Positions 55,822-59,797 of a stretch of 59,797 nt of DNA are shown here, piece after piece. Location: the NCBI GenBank assembly GCA_001627235.1, contig LUPB01000086.1, positions 1 through 59,797 on the forward strand, read 5' to 3'. The notes below the pieces were generated by a model that worked only from the letters and a program-made list of their open reading frames with translations, was not told the DNA's origin and made no database searches. The translations under genes were made by a program, and so were the position numbers. The number at the start of each line of letters is the position of its first letter. The stretch's first letter is position 1. This DNA comes from Nitrosopelagicus sp. REDSEA-S31_B2 (lineage in GTDB: Archaea; Thermoproteota; Nitrososphaeria; Nitrososphaerales; Nitrosopumilaceae).

Positions 55822-57026
55822 GAAATTACTTCAAATTCAATATTTTTCTGATTTAGATGATTTATCAATGCATTTGATTGATTCTGGTCTTCTGTTTCAA
55901 GACTAATTGTGACTCCTGCAGAACCTGCACTTACATTAGTACTCAAACGGTCGTGAATAATTTCAACTATGTTTACATTAATTGATGAGATTTCATCAAC
56001 TAACTCTTTTAGTGCACCTGGTCTATCCTTCAACAAAATTGAAATTTTCAACATTCTTCCCATATCTGAAAGTCCTTTTGTGACTATTTGTCCTAGAAGA
56101 TACATGTCAATGTTTCCGCCACATAAAATTGGAACTATATTTTTTCCAGATTCTGGTTTATGTTTTAAAATATACGCTAATGCCACTGCCCCTGCAGGTT
56201 CAACAACTGCCTTTGAACGTTCCATTAATAGAAACATTGCATTGATGATATCGCTATCATCCACAGTAACAATTTTGTCAATTTTCTGTTGAACAATTTC
56301 AAAAGTAAATTTTCCGGGTGTTTTTACAGAAATTCCATCTGCAATAGTCATTTTACCCTCCACAGTTGTCAATGAATTGTTTTCTAGTGATTGTTTCATA
56401 GCAGGATATGCATTTGATTCGACTCCTATAATTTTCACATTTGGATTTTTTTCTTTTATTGCAGTAATTATTCCTGCAACCAATCCGCCGCCGCCGATTG
56501 GAACATAGATTTCATCTAAATTTGGAAGTTCTTCAATAATTTCTAATCCAATCACGCCTTGTCCTGCTATGACATGCGGATCATCAAACGCATGAATAAT
56601 TGTTGCACCTGTCTCCTTTGCAATTTTTTGAGCATGAGCCCAAGATTCATCATATGTTATTCCTTCCAAAACCACATTTGCACCATATCCTTTAGTTGCA
56701 GCAACTTTTGCAGGAGATGCCGTCTTTGGCATTACGATAGTACATTGAATATTTTCAATCTGAGATGCAAATGCAACTCCTTGAGAATGGTTTCCTGCAG
56801 AAGCTGCAACCACCCCTTTACTTTTCTCCTCATCTGTTAGGGATTTTATCTTGTAATATGCGCCACGAATTTTAAATGAGCCCGTTTTCTGTTCATATTC
56901 ATTTTTCAAATACACGTTAGCCCCACAAAGCTTACTGAATGTATCTGAAAATTCTAAACTTGTTTTTCTAATCACATCACTTTGAGTTTCTTTTGCTTTT
57001 AGGATGTCTTCGTATGTTATTGTCAT
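55818..57026 (-). CDS. ilvA: threonine ammonia-lyase with a single C-terminal ACT domain
   Basis: QKTGSFKIRGA; ASAGNH; PIGGGGL; EPAGA; GGNID; DRPGAL. Confidence 0.92.
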   Translation of the reverse strand: MTITYEDILKAKETQSDVIRKTSLEFSDTFSKLCGANVYLKNEYEQKTGSFKIRGAYYKIKSLTDEEKSKGVVAASAGNHSQGVAFASQIENIQCTIVMPKTASPAKVAATKGYGANVVLEGITYDESWAHAQKIAKETGATIIHAFDDPHVIAGQGVIGLEIIEELPNLDEIYVPIGGGGLVAGIITAIKEKNPNVKIIGVESNAYPAMKQSLENNSLTTVEGKMTIADGISVKTPGKFTFEIVQQKIDKIVTVDDSDIINAMFLLMERSKAVVEPAGAVALAYILKHKPESGKNIVPILCGGNIDMYLLGQIVTKGLSDMGRMLKISILLKDRPGALKELVDEISSINVNIVEIIHDRLSTNVSAGSAGVTISLETEDQNQSNALINHLNQKNIEFEVIS

Positions 57027-57146
57027 GGAATTTTTGCACTCCTAATACATAATTAAATTATATGAAATATCTGAAAATCTGTTTTCTAGTTTTTTATGCC
57101 TAGATTTTGCAAAATATCTAAATAGTTGCGATCAAAAGCAAAATCA

Positions 57147-57198
57147 TTAGTCAAGAGGTACAGTTCCCCAAGGCATTAGCCTCTGTACCCTTGATTAA
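57147..57198. other. structured intergenic element (long stem with side hairpin); candidate small RNA or terminator
   Basis: TTAGTCAAG-A-GGTACAG pairs with CTGTACC-CTTGATTAA; internal AGGC-ATTA-GCCT hairpin. Confidence 0.45.
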
Positions 57199-58064
57199 GA
57201 CTTCATTAATTCTAAAATTTTTGTTAGTTCTATCACGATTTTGTTTTTGTCCTTGTCAGTCATAATTGACGCATCAACTAAACCTTGTTTTGCACCATCT
57301 TCGACATATTCTAAATCAATATTACATAAACACCCCTCCTCACCATTAACTAATTTCTGTTCATCAATAATGACGGGCGTTGTATGAAATGTTTCCAATA
57401 ACAAGTTGTCTAATTTTTTAAAAAGTTTATTTTTTTTGTCTTTAACATCTACAACTTCGGACTGGGATTCATCAATCATTTTTTTAATTTTCTCAGATAA
57501 CTCTTCATCATTATAAAATAACTCAAATAATTCTTGTTTTGGCATATCCTTAAAACCTAATTCATTTAATTTTTCAATAATTAATCTGTCACTTTCTTCC
57601 TCGTATTTTGTCTCAGAATTTCCTGTACTATCTATCAAATTTGCCAACTCTTTTTGTAATTCAAGAACCTCTTGTACTGGTTTGTAATACAATTGAATAT
57701 GATATTGTAATGATACATGAAGTGATAGAATATAATCTCCTAGCCTTATCTCTGATTTTGTAAAAAGTCTACGTAAATCTTCATCACTGGAACTAGATAT
57801 TCCTTGGGAACTCCAATTTGGAATGTTTGTAAAATCTGAAAAAAAATTTGTTACATTTGCAATATCAAAGGTATCTATCTTTTTGGTAGTGCTATCGCCC
57901 AACATTACATCACAATTTACAGTTCTGGTTGTATCGGCAATTTTTGCAAGAAATAGATCTTGAATCTGTTGATTAATTTCATTTAATTTGAGAAAATATT
58001 CATTATTAGTTGGATTTCCAATTCTCATATGGTTGGTTTGATATACTTCCTTAAATTCTATCAT
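57195..58064 (-). CDS. hypothetical coiled-coil protein (start may be 58028)
   Basis: Long acidic ORF with helical C-terminal half. Confidence 0.7.
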   Translation of the reverse strand: MIEFKEVYQTNHMRIGNPTNNEYFLKLNEINQQIQDLFLAKIADTTRTVNCDVMLGDSTTKKIDTFDIANVTNFFSDFTNIPNWSSQGISSSSDEDLRRLFTKSEIRLGDYILSLHVSLQYHIQLYYKPVQEVLELQKELANLIDSTGNSETKYEEESDRLIIEKLNELGFKDMPKQELFELFYNDEELSEKIKKMIDESQSEVVDVKDKKNKLFKKLDNLLLETFHTTPVIIDEQKLVNGEEGCLCNIDLEYVEDGAKQGLVDASIMTDKDKNKIVIELTKILELMKS

Positions 58065-58066
58065 TT

Positions 58067-58882
58067 ATGGAAAGTCTTACAGAAATAATATGTAATTTAA
58101 AATACGACTTTCGTGATTTATACAAAGGAAATAGTCATACTACCGAAGTACTTCCTAATTCCCCATCTAAATTTCATATTAAAGATGAGCATCTATTATC
58201 ACTCTATGCATTCCTTGAGAATAATCCTATTTACTCAAATCAAATTGTTCAGAAATTATCGGATATTGATTGTACCATATTTGAAGGAGATTTGAATAAT
58301 TATTGGATTGATAGTTTAAAACATGATTCAAGCTATGCCCCATTTTATCCAACGTGGCTGTTATCCGCATTTTGTTTATCTGTTGAATCTCAAAAACTCG
58401 GTTACGAACAAATAATTGATATCGGCTCAGGGGATGGAAGAATTGCCTATTCCGGGAAGATATTAGGATTGAATTCCATTTCAATCGAAATTGATGAAAA
58501 TTTGGTAGATTTACAAGAGAAAATTTCTGATAAAACAGGCGTAAAATTCAATCCAATTTGTTCGGATGCTACAACTTATGATTTTAGTAAAATCTCTGAT
58601 AAACCATCGATTTTCATAATCGGAGGAGTTCCTGAAATAGGAGAGGTTTTGGCAGAATCAGTTATCAAAAATGTATTAAAAATTTAACAATTATCTAAAT
58701 CTGCATTTGTTCTTACAGGAAGTCATTCTCATAGAAAATTCTCCAGAGATACAACGGATTTTGGATGGGGCCCTACAATCAAAAAATTAGGATTAAGCAT
58801 AATTTCCACACATTCACTACCTACATACTGGACAATGGACCAAAAATTTGAGACACCGTATGTTTTTGTAAAAAAAGGATAA
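58067..58882 (+). pseudogene. class I SAM-dependent methyltransferase-like gene interrupted by an in-frame TAA at 58685-58687
   Basis: IIDIGSGDGRIA and SIEID motifs; same frame continues 64 more codons to TAA at 58880-58882. Confidence 0.65.
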
Positions 58883-58908
58883 AACACAGTGTTTTTTTAA
58901 GAAATTAA

Positions 58909-59769
58909 ATGTCTGAAAAAGACGATTCAGTGTTACCTGCAAAATCCGAAGCTGCCCAATCAGATTCATCTCAAAAAGGTAGTGTAGTGGACATGATGTT
59001 AGGAAAAAGTAGTGAAAAAGTAATTGATTCGGATACAATGATCCAGGAAACTCAGAAGCGAATATGGAGGTCATTAAAAAAAGGAATCGAGTATGATGCA
59101 ACCGTAGATAGGTCTGATGCATATCTTAGAAAACATGTACATGAAAAGCAAAACATGGTGGTCATGTACGTGGATTTAGTTGGTTCAACTGATATTACTT
59201 TAACATTGCCTGAAGAAAAAGTTGCCATAATCATTAGTTCATTTGCACAAGAAATGGCATTTGCAGTTAATCATCATAATGGATTTGTGTTGAAATTTGT
59301 AGGGGATGCCGTAATTGGCTACTTTATTCACTCTAGCTCTCTCATTGCAGCAGATAATGCAGTTAGTTGTGCAAAATCTATGATTCGAATAATCGATGAA
59401 GGAATAAATCCAATTTTGAATCAATATGATTATCCTGATCTTTTTGTAAAAATTGGTGTTGATTTTGGCAACAATATGATTGTAAGATATGGCTCTGATC
59501 CTGAAAAATCTCACGTTGACCTTATTGGACCTGCAATGAACATTGCAGCTAAAATTCAGGGTAAAGCAGGTCCACAAGAAATTTTGATTGGAGAGGATGT
59601 TTACAACAGAATACATCCAACAGTTCAAAAAGAATTCTCAAAGAAGATTTGGAACAAAGATGAATGGAAATATCATAGTAGAGAGACAGGGGAATTATAT
59701 CCTGTATATTACCACACTAAACAGTTAATCTGTCTGGGCATTCAACATGTTCATAATGGTGCTCAGTAA
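58909..59769 (+). CDS. class III adenylate/guanylate cyclase domain protein
   Basis: YVDLVGST; LKFVGDAV; KIGVDFG; VDLIGPAMNIAAK. Confidence 0.9.
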   Translation: MSEKDDSVLPAKSEAAQSDSSQKGSVVDMMLGKSSEKVIDSDTMIQETQKRIWRSLKKGIEYDATVDRSDAYLRKHVHEKQNMVVMYVDLVGSTDITLTLPEEKVAIIISSFAQEMAFAVNHHNGFVLKFVGDAVIGYFIHSSSLIAADNAVSCAKSMIRIIDEGINPILNQYDYPDLFVKIGVDFGNNMIVRYGSDPEKSHVDLIGPAMNIAAKIQGKAGPQEILIGEDVYNRIHPTVQKEFSKKIWNKDEWKYHSRETGELYPVYYHTKQLICLGIQHVHNGAQ

Positions 59770-59797
59770 ATTTTTCATTAACCACATACATCACAAT
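59717..59797 (-). CDS. 3' end of a gene entering from beyond the window
   Basis: Open minus-strand frame ...IVMYVVNEKFTEHHYEHVECPDRLTV* ending at 59717; overlaps the cyclase tail. Confidence 0.35.
   Translation of the reverse strand: MVMYVVNEKFTEHHYEHVECPDRLTV

Noticed and set aside
58685-58687. Selenocysteine or pyrrolysine recoding
   Set aside because: The stop is TAA, not TGA or TAG, and no recoding machinery is visible

Overview
AT-rich chromosomal segment from a marine ammonia-oxidising archaeon (Nitrosopumilaceae; a Nitrosopelagicus-like lineage is my inference from protein style and gene order). Most of it is housekeeping: purine genes (purP, purS, purQ, purL, purF, purC, purK, purE), tatAC, ubiX, tRNA-Asn(GTT), the archaeal rpl3-to-rpl6 ribosomal protein cluster, proteasome alpha, an ESCRT-III/CdvB paralogue, ccdA plus a redoxin, divergent bioBF/bioAD, HMG-CoA synthase, type II GAPDH, thrC, an Hjc-like nuclease, thiolase/DUF35, ilvA and a class III nucleotide cyclase. 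The best candidate for an undescribed system is a sensory cluster at about 1.7-7.6 kb. It is centred on a protein carrying both CarH/LitR-type adenosylcobalamin photoreceptor signatures (W-x9-EH and E-x-H-x2-G-x41-S-x-T-x26-GG) but with a non-MerR N-terminal domain. Around it lie stand-alone DICT and MEDS sensor domains, a winged-helix regulator, an uncalled zinc microprotein, an SDR-membrane fusion and a His-containing membrane protein. A TAGTG motif recurs in three of its intergenic regions, including a perfect TAGTGGTAAA-A-TTTACCACTA palindrome. Other signals: a BirA-like operator between bioB and bioA, two candidate structured RNAs, G-string repeats between convergent genes, GATC-centred palindromes upstream of the ESCRT-III gene and a zinc-ribbon gene, several microproteins missed by the ORF track, and four gene lesions (two apparent in-frame deletions, a 45-bp duplication, a premature stop) that may be assembly artefacts. 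All family assignments come from motif recognition by eye; no searches were run. No CRISPR array, rRNA gene or intact transposase/integrase was seen.
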